From positions 1 through 57,987 of the forward strand of contig JBHIAE010000017.1 of the NCBI GenBank assembly GCA_046758445.1: a stretch of DNA of 57,987 nt, given 5' to 3'. The notes under the pieces are model-generated. The model did no database searches, was not told the DNA's origin, and worked only from the letters and a program-made list of their open reading frames with translations. Origin of the DNA: Candidatus Thorarchaeota archaeon. GTDB taxonomy: Archaea > Asgardarchaeota > Thorarchaeia > Thorarchaeales > Thorarchaeaceae. Position 1 is the first letter of the stretch. Each line of letters begins with the position of its first letter. Both the position numbers and the translations under genes were made by a program. Positions 39,743 through 50,077 of the stretch are shown here, piece after piece.

Positions 39743-41008
39743 TCAAGTCCTCCTTGGGTCTGCAATTTCCCCCTTCACAGCGCTGGCCGCAACCGTTGCC
39801 GGAGAACCGAGGTAGACCTTGGAGTCTGGGTGGCCCATGCGGCCTCTGAAATTTCTGTTCGTGCTAGATATGCAAACCTCCTCTGGTCCCAAGACGCCCA
39901 GATGGCCTCCGATACATGCGCCGCACGTAGAGTTTGTGAAGACTCCCCCTGCTTCTATGAAGATCTCAACATAGCCGGCCTTTATTGCCTCAAGATAGGT
40001 CTCTCGGCTAGCTGGAGTGATTATGAGTCGAACACCCGGATGTACTTTCTTCCCTTTCAGAATCCTCGCAGCAACGGCCAGGTCCTCTAGTCGCCCATTT
40101 GTGCATGATCCGATGAAGGCCTGGTCAATCTTCACACCTTCTACCTCCGACACAGGCTTCCCGTTCGCTGGACTATGTGGTAGGGCTACGATTGGGTCCA
40201 GGGGCTCCTTCTTCAAATTCATCGTGAACCTTTCTACATACTCCGCATCATCATCAGGTTCTACCCCACTCCACCCAGTAGATGAACTTCTCTCTCTTAC
40301 CCAGTTACGAACGTGCTCATTCACTGTCATTAGGGCGCTCTTCGCTCCTGCCTCTACTCCCATGTTGCACATGGTCATTCTTGAGGCCACTGTCATCTTC
40401 CTGACGGTCGGACCATGGAACTCCATTGATTGATAGTTTGCTCCGTCTGGGCCTAGGTCGGTTACTATCTTCAGAATCAAGTCCTTGCTCGTAACCATCG
40501 ATGGCAACTCGCCTGATATGTCGAACCGGATAGACTCGGGGACTCTGAACCATCTCCTTCCAGTTGCGATTATCATCGCGCTATCTGTTGTTGCCAAACC
40601 CGTAGAGAATGCATTGAAGGCCCCGTAGGTCGTTGAGTGAGAGTCCGAGCCGATGACCAAGTCTCCGGGTTTGACTAGACCCATTTCAGGAAGTACTTGA
40701 TGGCTGATTCCGCATTCGACATCACAGAAGTGCTTTATTCCATGCATCTTCACAAACTCTCTGTTTCGGATGTGTATCTCAGCACTCTGAGTGTCTGATG
40801 CAGGTGCCCAATGGTCATTGACGACTAGAATCTTCTCAGGGTCCCAGACGTGCTTAACTCCCATCTCTTCAAGGACTGGTATTATTCTCGAGCCAAGAAC
40901 CTCGTGCACCATTAGAAAGTCCACAGAAGCCTCTATGATCTCACTGGCCGACGCATCACCTTTCTCAGTATGGCGACCCAGAATCTTCTCAGCCAAGGTC
41001 TTACCCAC
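39743..41008 (-). CDS. Isopropylmalate/homoaconitate dehydratase large subunit (LeuC/HacA)
   Basis: Start re-called to GTG 41008 (GKTLAEKI); GSDSHSTTYGA, FIGSCTNGR, CGACIG, STNRNFRGRMG. Confidence 0.93.
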   Translation of the reverse strand: MGKTLAEKILGRHTEKGDASASEIIEASVDFLMVHEVLGSRIIPVLEEMGVKHVWDPEKILVVNDHWAPASDTQSAEIHIRNREFVKMHGIKHFCDVECGISHQVLPEMGLVKPGDLVIGSDSHSTTYGAFNAFSTGLATTDSAMIIATGRRWFRVPESIRFDISGELPSMVTSKDLILKIVTDLGPDGANYQSMEFHGPTVRKMTVASRMTMCNMGVEAGAKSALMTVNEHVRNWVRERSSSTGWSGVEPDDDAEYVERFTMNLKKEPLDPIVALPHSPANGKPVSEVEGVKIDQAFIGSCTNGRLEDLAVAARILKGKKVHPGVRLIITPASRETYLEAIKAGYVEIFIEAGGVFTNSTCGACIGGHLGVLGPEEVCISSTNRNFRGRMGHPDSKVYLGSPATVAASAVKGEIADPRRT

Positions 41009-42168
41009 TAGGCTACCCCCTTCATCCTGTTGACAATCTCTGTGGCAACCTCCGCTGTTGTTGAGGGTTTCACTTTGGACCATTCTCCGAAACACAGGTC
41101 ATGTGTGCGGACCCTACCATCTCGCAGGACTTCCTCAACTGCCTGTCTGATTTCCTTAGCTGCCTTCAACGAAACCTTGTCGTTGTGTTTCATCCCTAGC
41201 CATTCCAACATCATAGCTGCAGACAATATCGCGGCCACAGGATTGGCTTGTTCTGTCCCCGCAATGTCCGGTGCAGAACCGTGGACTGGCTCAAAGACTG
41301 CATGCTGTTCCCCGATATTGCCTGAAGGGGCAACTCCAAGCCCTCCCTGCAATGCTCCTCCAAGGTCGCTGATTATGTCTCCGAAAGCGTTGGGAGCAAC
41401 CACCACATCGTAGTGCTCAGGTCTTCTGATCGCCGAGAGTGTCCATGCATCTACATAGGCATAGTCCCGTTCAACCTGAGGAAAGTCGTTCCCTGTCTTG
41501 TCGAAAGACTCTCTAAAGAGCTTGCAACCTGCGAGAAGGTTGCTTTTGTCCACGCACGTCACTCTTCTCTTGCCATCGCGAGGTGCGCCATTCCGTTTCA
41601 TAGCAAGCTCAAACGCATATCTTGTCACCCTCTCAGAACCCTTGGCGGTGATGACTCTTAGGTCGAGTGCAAGGTCCCCCTCCGCACGTCCTGAGAGTCT
41701 TCCCCTTGCTGGAACGTAGAGCCCCTCGGTGTTTTCTCGGACTATCACCATGTCGATGTCACCGGGGCCTTTGGCGGCCAATGGTGTCGGAACACCTTGA
41801 TACAACTTCACAGGTCTGACATTGGCGTAAAGGTCTAGGGTCTGTCGGAGCCCGATGACAACTTCATATCCCGCCAGATGGCCATCTGAACGCGTCACGG
41901 TCTTACCCTTGGAGTCCAATGCACCCACAGCACCAAGTAAGACAGCATCTGCCTTTGACTTGGTAAAGGTTGCAGCCTTCTCCGACCATTCACGCCCGGT
42001 TTCAAGGAAGTACTCTCCACCGCACTCAAACTCGTGGAGGTCAAGATCAAGACCACCTACAACAGATGCGGCTTCATTCATCACACTTACAGCCTGAGGT
42101 ATTACCTCTCTGCCGATACCGTCGCCGGGTAGCACTGCAATCTTGTACTTCCGAGGCAAATCAGTCAC
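41008..42168 (-). CDS. Beta-decarboxylating dehydrogenase (isopropylmalate/homoisocitrate/tartrate family)
   Basis: PGDGIGREV, LYANVRP, VRENTEGLY, NAFGDIISDL, EPVHGSAPDIAG. Confidence 0.92.
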   Translation of the reverse strand: MTDLPRKYKIAVLPGDGIGREVIPQAVSVMNEAASVVGGLDLDLHEFECGGEYFLETGREWSEKAATFTKSKADAVLLGAVGALDSKGKTVTRSDGHLAGYEVVIGLRQTLDLYANVRPVKLYQGVPTPLAAKGPGDIDMVIVRENTEGLYVPARGRLSGRAEGDLALDLRVITAKGSERVTRYAFELAMKRNGAPRDGKRRVTCVDKSNLLAGCKLFRESFDKTGNDFPQVERDYAYVDAWTLSAIRRPEHYDVVVAPNAFGDIISDLGGALQGGLGVAPSGNIGEQHAVFEPVHGSAPDIAGTEQANPVAAILSAAMMLEWLGMKHNDKVSLKAAKEIRQAVEEVLRDGRVRTHDLCFGEWSKVKPSTTAEVATEIVNRMKGVA

Positions 42169-42498
42169 CTAATAGCTTCCCAACCATCCTAGATCATTGC
42201 CCTTATCATCCAAGAGATTGACCATTGTGTCGATTCTCTCTCCATCGACATAGCGTATCTTTGCTCGAATAGTGAAGGGTTTCTTGCATTTATCACATTC
42301 TACTAGCCAGTCCTCGACAACAGGCTCAAGTCCCCGACCTGTGATGTTCTCTGGGCTCCTTTCCATCTTGATCAGTTTCAGTTCCTTCCCAGTGCAAGCA
42401 TAGGTGCACTCTTTCAGAGGAATGCCTTCCATTCCTCTGCGGCCCAGGGCCACAAAGACCTCATCAGGGAGATCATCCAGCGATGGAGTTTCCGACAA
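42169..42498 (-). CDS. Hypothetical zinc-ribbon protein abutting the dehydrogenase gene
   Basis: CTYAC..CDKC; stop directly followed by next GTG start. Confidence 0.65.
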   Translation of the reverse strand: MSETPSLDDLPDEVFVALGRRGMEGIPLKECTYACTGKELKLIKMERSPENITGRGLEPVVEDWLVECDKCKKPFTIRAKIRYVDGERIDTMVNLLDDKGNDLGWLGSY

Positions 42499-42611
42499 CT
42501 ATCAACACTCCTTAAGCGGGAAACTCTGTAGTCCGGATAAATAAGACGTTATAGCCACCATGATGCGATTCACCACTAAACATTAATGCGCCGCGACTAG
42601 AGCCTGAGCCC

Positions 42612-43523
42612 ATGCGTCTTATCACGTATTCGAAGGACGATAAGACCTCCATCGGTGTTGAACTTACAGACGGAGTACTGGACATCCCAAATGCTGCACA
42701 CCACTTTGGCATCGAACATCAAGTAGACGGTCTTAGATTCCCGGTTAGGATGATTGATCTCCTGAAATGGGATGCAGGCACTGCAACAGTGATGGAGATT
42801 GTGGAAACCTACTTGAAATCATCATCCGACAGTCGACCAGAGCTTCTCGCAAAGGAGGAAATCAGCCTCAAGGCTCCAATTGCGAGGCCGGGGAAGATAA
42901 TCGGACTGGGTCTGAACTATAGGGACCATGCAGAGGAAACGGGAGTGAGTGTCCCGGACTTCCCTCCAATATTCGCCAAATTCTCTTCAAGCGTTACTGA
43001 CCCGGACAGTGAGATACCCATCCCAAAGGTAACGAAGAAGCTCGACTGGGAAGTCGAGCTAGGAGTTGTGATTGGCAAGACATGCAAGGAGGTTTCCGAA
43101 GAGAAGGCCATGGAGTATGTGGCGGGCTATACGATAGTCAATGATGTGAGTGCTCGAGACCTTCAGAGAACTGACGCGCAATGGATACGAGGCAAGTCGC
43201 TCGACGGCCTTTGCCCTATGGGTCCATGCATTGTCACCACAGAGGAGCTCGGAGAGGCCTCTGATCTAGCTCTTCAGACGAGAGTCAACGGCGTCCTGAA
43301 ACAGGACTCCAGTACTTCCTATCTCCTCCACAAAGTCCCGCAGATTGTGTCATACCTCTCCATGTCATTCACATTGGAACCCGGTGATGTTATCACTACT
43401 GGAACACCATCAGGAGTGGGATTTGTGCGCGATCCTCCTGAATATCTTCAAGTTGGAGATGAAATGGAGTTATACATAGAGGGCATCGGACATCTTCGTA
43501 ACCGGATTGTGGCAGCGAAGTGA
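42612..43523 (+). CDS. Fumarylacetoacetate hydrolase family protein
   Basis: GLNYRDHAEE, DWEVELGVVIG, NDVSARDLQ, GKSLDG..P.GP, TGTPSGVG. Confidence 0.95.
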   Translation: MRLITYSKDDKTSIGVELTDGVLDIPNAAHHFGIEHQVDGLRFPVRMIDLLKWDAGTATVMEIVETYLKSSSDSRPELLAKEEISLKAPIARPGKIIGLGLNYRDHAEETGVSVPDFPPIFAKFSSSVTDPDSEIPIPKVTKKLDWEVELGVVIGKTCKEVSEEKAMEYVAGYTIVNDVSARDLQRTDAQWIRGKSLDGLCPMGPCIVTTEELGEASDLALQTRVNGVLKQDSSTSYLLHKVPQIVSYLSMSFTLEPGDVITTGTPSGVGFVRDPPEYLQVGDEMELYIEGIGHLRNRIVAAK

Positions 43524-43608
43524 CGCTCGGGCTGACCGGATAGCTACTTGGTCCTCCATGTGACATCACGATTCGGAGTTTCTTACTCAATTGAAAGTGG
43601 TTGTTGGT

Positions 43609-44226
43609 TCATGACCCACGCCTTTCCGCACTGCGCTTTTTGTGCATCTTCTCAGATTCAAGACGGTCTCTTGAAACCTGAATCCACTGCTTCACCATCT
43701 CCATCAGAGAAGGATTGAGTTCGACTGCCAATTCCGCATACGCTATTGCCCTCTCATCCTCCCCCTCTATGAAGTGCGCATTGGCCTTGTTGTAGAAGGC
43801 TTCAGCATAGTCTGGCTTCAGTGCGACTGCGGTTGTGTATGCCTCAATTGCCTCCCTACCTTCTCCCATGCGTGAGAAAGCATTTCCGAGGTTGTTCCAA
43901 GCTTCTGCATCGTCTGGGTCAATCTCAAGTGCCTTTTCATAGCATTCCTTCGCCTTCTTGAAGTTTCCAAGACCGTAGAGTACCGTACCCTTGTTGAACC
44001 ACACTTCAAAGATCATGTTGTCAACTGACAAAGCCTCATCATAGGCTTTGATTGCCTTTTCATTCTTCCCAGAAGCGGCCAGGGCAAGCCCTAGATTATA
44101 CCATCCTTCAAGTGAGTCAGAGTTCTCCTTCAAGTGTTTCTCCAGTAGCTTAACTGCTTCTTCGAAATGCTCGGACTCAATCAGTTTCACTGCAAGCTGA
44201 AGGGGGGTCATCTCGTTGATGTTCAA
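43609..44226 (-). CDS. Tetratricopeptide repeat protein
   Basis: About five repeats of W.N.G..L...G..EEA..Y..AL.I.P. Confidence 0.92.
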   Translation of the reverse strand: MNINEMTPLQLAVKLIESEHFEEAVKLLEKHLKENSDSLEGWYNLGLALAASGKNEKAIKAYDEALSVDNMIFEVWFNKGTVLYGLGNFKKAKECYEKALEIDPDDAEAWNNLGNAFSRMGEGREAIEAYTTAVALKPDYAEAFYNKANAHFIEGEDERAIAYAELAVELNPSLMEMVKQWIQVSRDRLESEKMHKKRSAERRGS

Positions 44227-44253
44227 AGTTGCACCGGCCCGCTAATGTGCTGA

Positions 44254-44676
44254 TTACTTGGCCATCATCCTTGCAAGGATTGTAAGAAGAACTCCGGCAC
44301 CGCTCATTGTCATGGCTGTGCCAATGAGCCAGTTGAGTGTTGCGTCAAAGCCCACCGTGTAAACAGCCTGTCCAATATTGATTAAGAGTCCAAAGATTCC
44401 CATTCCCGCGCCTAGACCCACTAGAATCTTTCCTGTAATGACTCTATCAATAGTGAGGAAGAATCCTCCGACAAGCACTGTATTGCCGCCGAAAGATGCC
44501 AGAATCCCCAATACCGTTCTGATGACTTCAAGTGCATCTAAGAATGGAACGAGTTCTGGGATTGATGCGACGACCTCTGCAATCAAATCAAAGAATCCGA
44601 TGTTTCCCGTTGCACCAGATATGATTAGCATAACACCTCCGGCCACACAAAATAGCCAGGGAATCTTATTCTTCAA
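44254..44676 (-). CDS. Hypothetical 4-TM membrane protein
   Basis: Start re-called to TTG 44676 after GGTGAT; Gly-rich hydrophobic helices. Confidence 0.65.
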   Translation of the reverse strand: MKNKIPWLFCVAGGVMLIISGATGNIGFFDLIAEVVASIPELVPFLDALEVIRTVLGILASFGGNTVLVGGFFLTIDRVITGKILVGLGAGMGIFGLLINIGQAVYTVGFDATLNWLIGTAMTMSGAGVLLTILARMMAK

Positions 44677-44776
44677 GCAATCACCAAACGTCTGGTGACT
44701 GATGTGGCCTATATTTCTATTTGAAGCAGGGAGAAGCATCAAGTGGTATGCCCCAAATGATGCACGCCTTTTCTCC

Positions 44777-45622
44777 CTATTTGGAGAGAAGTTGAGGTCT
44801 TCGGTGGTCGAATGTCGATATGGCCTTGAGGCCACAATGCATGAGCATTTCCCGTGCTCTAGCAACTCCAAATCCTACATCCGTCGGGTCATGGGCATCC
44901 GAGCCAACGGTCACAGTTTCGATACCTCTTCCTACAAGCGCCTTAGTCAGCGACTCTGATGGCATGGGTTCAGGAAGTCCCTTGCGCCATGAGGAAGTGT
45001 TGACCTCGAAGCCAACTCCTTGAGCCTTCATCTTGTCTGTAAGCTCCCTGATGTGGGGTTTCCATAGTTCGTGAATCTCTTCCCCGTAGTACGCTTCACC
45101 ATATCTGCGGTAGATGTCCATGTGACCAATCACATCATAGAGACCGGTATCGAGTGAATCCGTGATGAGAGTGTAGTAGCTTAGGCCAAGTTCTTCGATG
45201 CTATACTTCCTGAAGATCTCTAGTGCCTCTTCTTGAAGTGAAAGTGCCTTATGGTCAATGAGGTGCACCGATCCCACAACTAGGTCGAAGTCGGTACTGT
45301 GGAAAGATTCTGGAAGATCTTCGGCTACTCCCGGATAGAGGTCGACCTCAATTCCAAGCCTTACTTTCAGGTTCTGTTCAGTGAACGTTTCTGCAGCGGC
45401 TCTGATACTAGACTCGTAGTCGTCAAGCCAGCCTGACGAGTAAATGCTGACCTTATTCTCCCCTAACCTCACAAAACAGTCATCTCTCTCCGGGTCTGCA
45501 TCCAAGTGAGTTGTAAAACAGATCTCCTGCAATCCCTTCTCGACAGCTATCTCACAGAACTCTCTCACAGATCCGACTGCGTCAAAAGAATATGAGGGGT
45601 GCAGGTGATAGTCAATCATCAC
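44777..45622 (-). CDS. PHP-family phosphatase (histidinol-phosphatase HisJ/HisK-like)
   Basis: DYHLH..S.DA, TTH, GIEVD, GSVH, IGHMD, EVNTS, GSDAH. Confidence 0.88.
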   Translation of the reverse strand: MMIDYHLHPSYSFDAVGSVREFCEIAVEKGLQEICFTTHLDADPERDDCFVRLGENKVSIYSSGWLDDYESSIRAAAETFTEQNLKVRLGIEVDLYPGVAEDLPESFHSTDFDLVVGSVHLIDHKALSLQEEALEIFRKYSIEELGLSYYTLITDSLDTGLYDVIGHMDIYRRYGEAYYGEEIHELWKPHIRELTDKMKAQGVGFEVNTSSWRKGLPEPMPSESLTKALVGRGIETVTVGSDAHDPTDVGFGVARAREMLMHCGLKAISTFDHRRPQLLSK

Positions 45623-45683
45623 CCTCTGTGGCTCTCAAGGGCGTATATGATGTTGTCTACTGCTTCATCATCGTACTAGTGCT

Positions 45684-46946
45684 TCACTCTGGGACCCTCA
45701 TGAGGTCAAGTGCAATCGGCGTTTCGCTCTTACGAACCTTTTCTTCCTTCAACAACGCCGCAACTAGAGTAGCTAGGCCGGTAGTGATTACAAGGAACAT
45801 TATCGACATTGGCAACCCATAGACATCACCGATCCATCCGAAGATAATGGGTGAGAGAGAGCCAGGAATTGCACCAACTGAGAACAGCAGGCCGAAAGCA
45901 AGTCCCCTGGACTCCCGCGGCACAACTTCAGTCTGGTATGCAGTGTTAGGTGGAACTCCGAGGAAGAAGAAGAATCCGATTCCAATGAGCACAAGCACCA
46001 GGGTAATCTGATTCAATGAGGCATTCAGCAGCAGAAGAAGCGGGGCCGAAAGTCCTGATGAAACAATAAGAAAGGGAACCCGCCTTCCAACTCTATCTGA
46101 GATTGGAGCGGAAACAATCTCGCCGACGAGTCCAGCAACAAGCATTACTGTTGTAATAGACCCCGCAAGTATCGGATCATAAGAATAGGCGCTCTCCACA
46201 AGATACAGAGGCATCAGTAATGTCGTGGATCGAAATGACATTCCTCGAAGCCCCATCAGAATCACTAGGAGCGCGAAGTTTCTTGTCCAGCCATCTTCTC
46301 CATCTTGTTCTGGTTGTTCATCCTGTACAATGAATCGTTCCCCTTTCGAGTATCGCATCAGAGCTACCACAGGGATGAAGAGAAGAAATCCCATCACAGC
46401 AAGTACCGCGAACGACTCACGCCAGCCTCCTAGTATCACAAGCAGTGACACACCGAGGAACGGTATCAAAGCCATTCCTACAAGGCCACCAATGGCCTGA
46501 ATCCCCGTGGCCGTAGCCCGCGAAGTCTTTGGAAACTTCTCTGTGAGGGCTGGAAATACGCTTGGATGGTAACCAGATGCCCCAATGCCGAGAAGAAGCA
46601 TCGCTGTCGTCAGAAAGAGGAAAGTTGTGGCGAAACTCGAAGCGAGCACTATGAGGGCGCTCACTAGCACGCTGGCTGGGATAAAGATGTCACGCCATCC
46701 TCGATCACCCAGGTAGCCCACAACAAGGTGAGATGTTGTCATTGTGACGATTGCAGCGCTTGTAACAATCCCTGCCTCCGTCAGCGTCAATGAGAGTTCG
46801 TCACGGACTATTGGTAGGAATGGTGATAGCATCCCGGTGTAGACGTGATTGAGAAAATGGGTCACAGTGCATGCAATTAGGACAGCGTATGAAGCTCTGG
46901 TGACCCTGGCCAAATTAGCTCTCACGTCCCTAGGACTGTACTTCAT
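45684..46946 (-). CDS. Major facilitator superfamily transporter (Fsr-like)
   Basis: THFLNHVY, GYLGDRG, GYHPS, ISDRVGRR; about 12 TMs. Confidence 0.92.
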   Translation of the reverse strand: MKYSPRDVRANLARVTRASYAVLIACTVTHFLNHVYTGMLSPFLPIVRDELSLTLTEAGIVTSAAIVTMTTSHLVVGYLGDRGWRDIFIPASVLVSALIVLASSFATTFLFLTTAMLLLGIGASGYHPSVFPALTEKFPKTSRATATGIQAIGGLVGMALIPFLGVSLLVILGGWRESFAVLAVMGFLLFIPVVALMRYSKGERFIVQDEQPEQDGEDGWTRNFALLVILMGLRGMSFRSTTLLMPLYLVESAYSYDPILAGSITTVMLVAGLVGEIVSAPISDRVGRRVPFLIVSSGLSAPLLLLLNASLNQITLVLVLIGIGFFFFLGVPPNTAYQTEVVPRESRGLAFGLLFSVGAIPGSLSPIIFGWIGDVYGLPMSIMFLVITTGLATLVAALLKEEKVRKSETPIALDLMRVPE

Positions 46947-46995
46947 TGGCGACCGGTCCAGAAGTTAAGCATACTGATTGCACATCTACATTGAT

Positions 46996-47721
46996 TCAGG
47001 AATGCCGATATTGAATGCTCCCGTTGTGTAACGCCGTTGCAACAAGAACGGCTTCAATACCAAGAGAGTGAAGTTCGCGGAGATCATCACGATTTCTGAC
47101 TCCCCCTCCAGCGATGGTTTTGATGTTGGTGTTCCGGCGGACCTCCACCAGGCCCGGATGGACAGGCCCTTTCCCAGAACCGACTAATGCAAGCTCCAGT
47201 ACAATCAGTTCCTGAAACCCTGAGGCTTCCATGAATCTAGCGAGGATTCCTGGTTGTTGTCCCCTGAACTCAGCACTCGCGCTCAAAATTCTGCCATTCT
47301 TCATGTCGAGTGAACCAACAACCTCCACTGGATGACTCTCGGCGATTTCTGATAGTGCTTCTGGCGACTCGATAGTCTCGGTTGCCACAACCACTCTCGG
47401 AATACCGTGGCCCAGAAGCCTCTCAACGTCAGTCTTGCTGGACACTCCAGCATCTAGCATGACCCGGACCTCAGATGTTTCCAACACCTCAATCACCGAT
47501 GAGAGGTTGTCCCCCGAACTTGATATCGCATCCAAATCAGCGATGTAGATTTCATTTACATCGAACGTCCGCCTAAATGCCTCTGCGACCTCGACAGGTT
47601 CCGAGCCCTCCACAATCTTGCTTCTGATCGGCTCGTATCGGTCTCTCTCCCCTGCAATCGCATGAACGACCTGTGAATTCATGATATCCATCACAGGGAT
47701 GATTCTAGCTTCTTTCTTCAT
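46996..47721 (-). CDS. HisA/HisF-like TIM-barrel protein of methanofuran/H4MPT C1 clusters
   Basis: IIPVMDI..QVVHAIAGERDRYEP, YIADLDAI, LDAG, VATET, GGGVR, LVATALH; divergent from mfnD. Confidence 0.85.
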   Translation of the reverse strand: MKKEARIIPVMDIMNSQVVHAIAGERDRYEPIRSKIVEGSEPVEVAEAFRRTFDVNEIYIADLDAISSSGDNLSSVIEVLETSEVRVMLDAGVSSKTDVERLLGHGIPRVVVATETIESPEALSEIAESHPVEVVGSLDMKNGRILSASAEFRGQQPGILARFMEASGFQELIVLELALVGSGKGPVHPGLVEVRRNTNIKTIAGGGVRNRDDLRELHSLGIEAVLVATALHNGSIQYRHS

Positions 47722-47786
47722 GAGCGCGTATTGTTGCTTCTGTAAGAGTCTTATAGCTTACTGACTCTGAAGACGCCAGGCTGACA

Positions 47787-49016
47787 ATGAGAGCATTCAT
47801 CTATGAGCACATTTCTGGAGGTGGTCTTGCGGAGGAGAGATGGGATCCTAGCTTCGCAGCCCAAGGCTTTGCCATGTTGAGCTCGCTCTCAAGATGCTTC
47901 GACCGTGCGGGTCATGAGGTGACGATCACATATGATTCAAGAATTAGCGAGTTGCTTCTTCCCCATACATCAAGGAGAGAGCGCGTGTCCGGAGAATCAG
48001 ACTGGCCTCAGGTAGTCAGGGCGCTGTCAGAAGATGCTGATGTCGGTGTTGTGATAGCCCCCGAGGATGAAGGAATACTCACCAATGTGTTGAGCAAGAT
48101 CCGCTCACACGGACTAGATGTTGTTGGACCGGAAACAGAAACTGCAGCTCTATGTTCTGATAAGATGAAGTGCTCTGAACTCTATTCTGAACTATCAATA
48201 TCATCTCCAATGACAGTATCTTCTGATGTCGGCAGGATTCTTGACAAGTCCTCAGAGGTCAGTTTTCCCGCAGTCTTGAAGCCTGCTCTCTCTTCTGGTG
48301 CAACCTACACCAGTCTTGTGTCTGATGAGAAAGAGCTTGGAAGAGTGGTGGAGCGACTAGAAGCGAAGCTGTGTAGTTCTAGGGTTGTGCTTCAGGAATT
48401 CGTGGACGGAGTCGATGCAAGTCTCTCTCTGCTTGTGAACAACGGACAGATGCGGAGGCTTTCAGTGAACCGTCAATATGTGACACTAGGAGGAACGGAC
48501 TCTACATCAGGTTACCATGGTGGGGAGTGTCCGTTGACACATTCGGCCGGCGAGGTTGCGGTATCTCTAGCCCAGAGAATCGTGGAGGCTCTGCCAGGGC
48601 TAAGAGGATACGTGGGGATCGACTTCGTCTTCAATGGCAAGAAGGCAATTCCGATGGATATCAACTCCCGCCTCACAGTTTCAGCCGTGGGTATTGAACG
48701 TACACATGGACCTCATGCGCTTGCGGACATCCTGAAATGTACAAACGGGTTTCTGCCGGAGGCATCCTCCGGAGAGGGCTTCGCATTGTTCAAAGAATAT
48801 CAGGGTATCCCAAAGTCAACACATACTCCCGAATTGGATGGCAAGTATGCAAGCATAATGACCTTTCCTGGTGTCGCAAGTCCGCCTATTCCACTTCCCG
48901 GCATGGACGGAACAGTGAGGCCGTATGTGTGCGGTTGGGGGGTATCCAGAGATAAAGCCCGTGATGACCTAGTTGCGCTGGAGAGGAGAATTGACCAAAA
49001 ACTTGGAGGGGTGTAG
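47787..49016 (+). CDS. mfnD: ATP-grasp ligase, tyramine--L-glutamate ligase-like
   Basis: FIYEHISGGG..QGFAML, IAPEDEGIL, CSDK, QEFVDG..SLSL, SVNRQ, YHGG, GYVGIDF; cluster context. Confidence 0.8.
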   Translation: MRAFIYEHISGGGLAEERWDPSFAAQGFAMLSSLSRCFDRAGHEVTITYDSRISELLLPHTSRRERVSGESDWPQVVRALSEDADVGVVIAPEDEGILTNVLSKIRSHGLDVVGPETETAALCSDKMKCSELYSELSISSPMTVSSDVGRILDKSSEVSFPAVLKPALSSGATYTSLVSDEKELGRVVERLEAKLCSSRVVLQEFVDGVDASLSLLVNNGQMRRLSVNRQYVTLGGTDSTSGYHGGECPLTHSAGEVAVSLAQRIVEALPGLRGYVGIDFVFNGKKAIPMDINSRLTVSAVGIERTHGPHALADILKCTNGFLPEASSGEGFALFKEYQGIPKSTHTPELDGKYASIMTFPGVASPPIPLPGMDGTVRPYVCGWGVSRDKARDDLVALERRIDQKLGGV

Positions 49017-49018
49017 CC

Positions 49019-50077
49019 TTGAGAGTGGTCGGACTGGATGTTGGGGGAGCAAATCTCAAGGGGTGTGGAATCACTCTAGATGAAACTGGCAATCCCCAAG
49101 ACGAGTCCTACAGTTCAGATCATTTTCCCATCTGGCTTCGAGAACGAGCCAAGCTATGGGGCCTCGTTTCTAGGACTGTTTCCAGACTCTCAGGGAATCG
49201 CACACCGGATCTAGTGTCCGTTGTGATGACGGCTGAGTTGTCCGATACTTTCGAAACGAAGAGAGAAGGCGTGATTACCATCGTAAAGGGCATATCCAAC
49301 GTGCTGACGGACATTCCGATTGTCTATCCAAGTCTGGACCTCAAGATAATGCAACCACAAGAGGTTCTTGAATCTCCTCTTTCGGTGGCTGCTGCAAACT
49401 GGCCGGTACTTGGATGGGCAATTGGTCGTGAGGTGTCCGACTGCATCCTGATAGATGTTGGTTCGACGACTACTGACATCATTCCAATTCGAGATGGTCT
49501 GCCTTCTATTGTAGGGAAGGATGATACTACTCGTTTGATTTCCGGTGAGCTTGTCTACACAGGCACACTGAGAACAGATGTTTCTTCCATTCTCCGGTCC
49601 GTGTCTATAGGCGGAGAATCCTGCAGAGTCTCATCAGAGCATTTCGCAACGTCAGGCGATGTCCATCTACTCCTGGGTCACATTACCGAAGATCAATACA
49701 CCGCCGACACAGCTGACAACCGCGGCAAGTCGTTTGCAGAATGTATGGCACGACTTGCACGAGTTGTGTGTGGTGATTTCGAAACGCTGTCAGAGGAAGT
49801 AATCGTGGAAATCGCACGCCAAGCTTGGATTCAACAGCTGAACGATATTGGAGCTGCTGTTCTTCAGGTCTGTCATAGAATGTCAATTGATCCGAAGGAA
49901 GAAAGCTTCGTATTCTCTGGTATTGGTGCCGAATTCCTGGGGCATGCAGCGGTCACTCCACTCGGCGGCACCAACGCCACTTATCTGAAAGACATGCTGG
50001 GTATCAACGGCTCTGTTGCTGCGACAGCTTACTCGGCAGCACTCTATGCAGGCACGAAATGGAGGAATGCACCTTGA
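49019..50077 (+). CDS. mfnF: Methanofuran biosynthesis MfnF (hydantoinase A-like)
   Basis: GLDVGGANLK, MTAELSD.F..KREG, AAANW, DVGSTTTDIIP, ELVYTG.LRT, SSEHFA. Confidence 0.9.
   Translation: MRVVGLDVGGANLKGCGITLDETGNPQDESYSSDHFPIWLRERAKLWGLVSRTVSRLSGNRTPDLVSVVMTAELSDTFETKREGVITIVKGISNVLTDIPIVYPSLDLKIMQPQEVLESPLSVAAANWPVLGWAIGREVSDCILIDVGSTTTDIIPIRDGLPSIVGKDDTTRLISGELVYTGTLRTDVSSILRSVSIGGESCRVSSEHFATSGDVHLLLGHITEDQYTADTADNRGKSFAECMARLARVVCGDFETLSEEVIVEIARQAWIQQLNDIGAAVLQVCHRMSIDPKEESFVFSGIGAEFLGHAAVTPLGGTNATYLKDMLGINGSVAATAYSAALYAGTKWRNAP

Noticed and set aside
44777-47721. Apparent histidine operon (PHP phosphatase plus HisA-like)
   Set aside because: No other his genes nearby, and the HisA-like protein has the VVHA..GER.RY signature of the C1/methanofuran-linked family.
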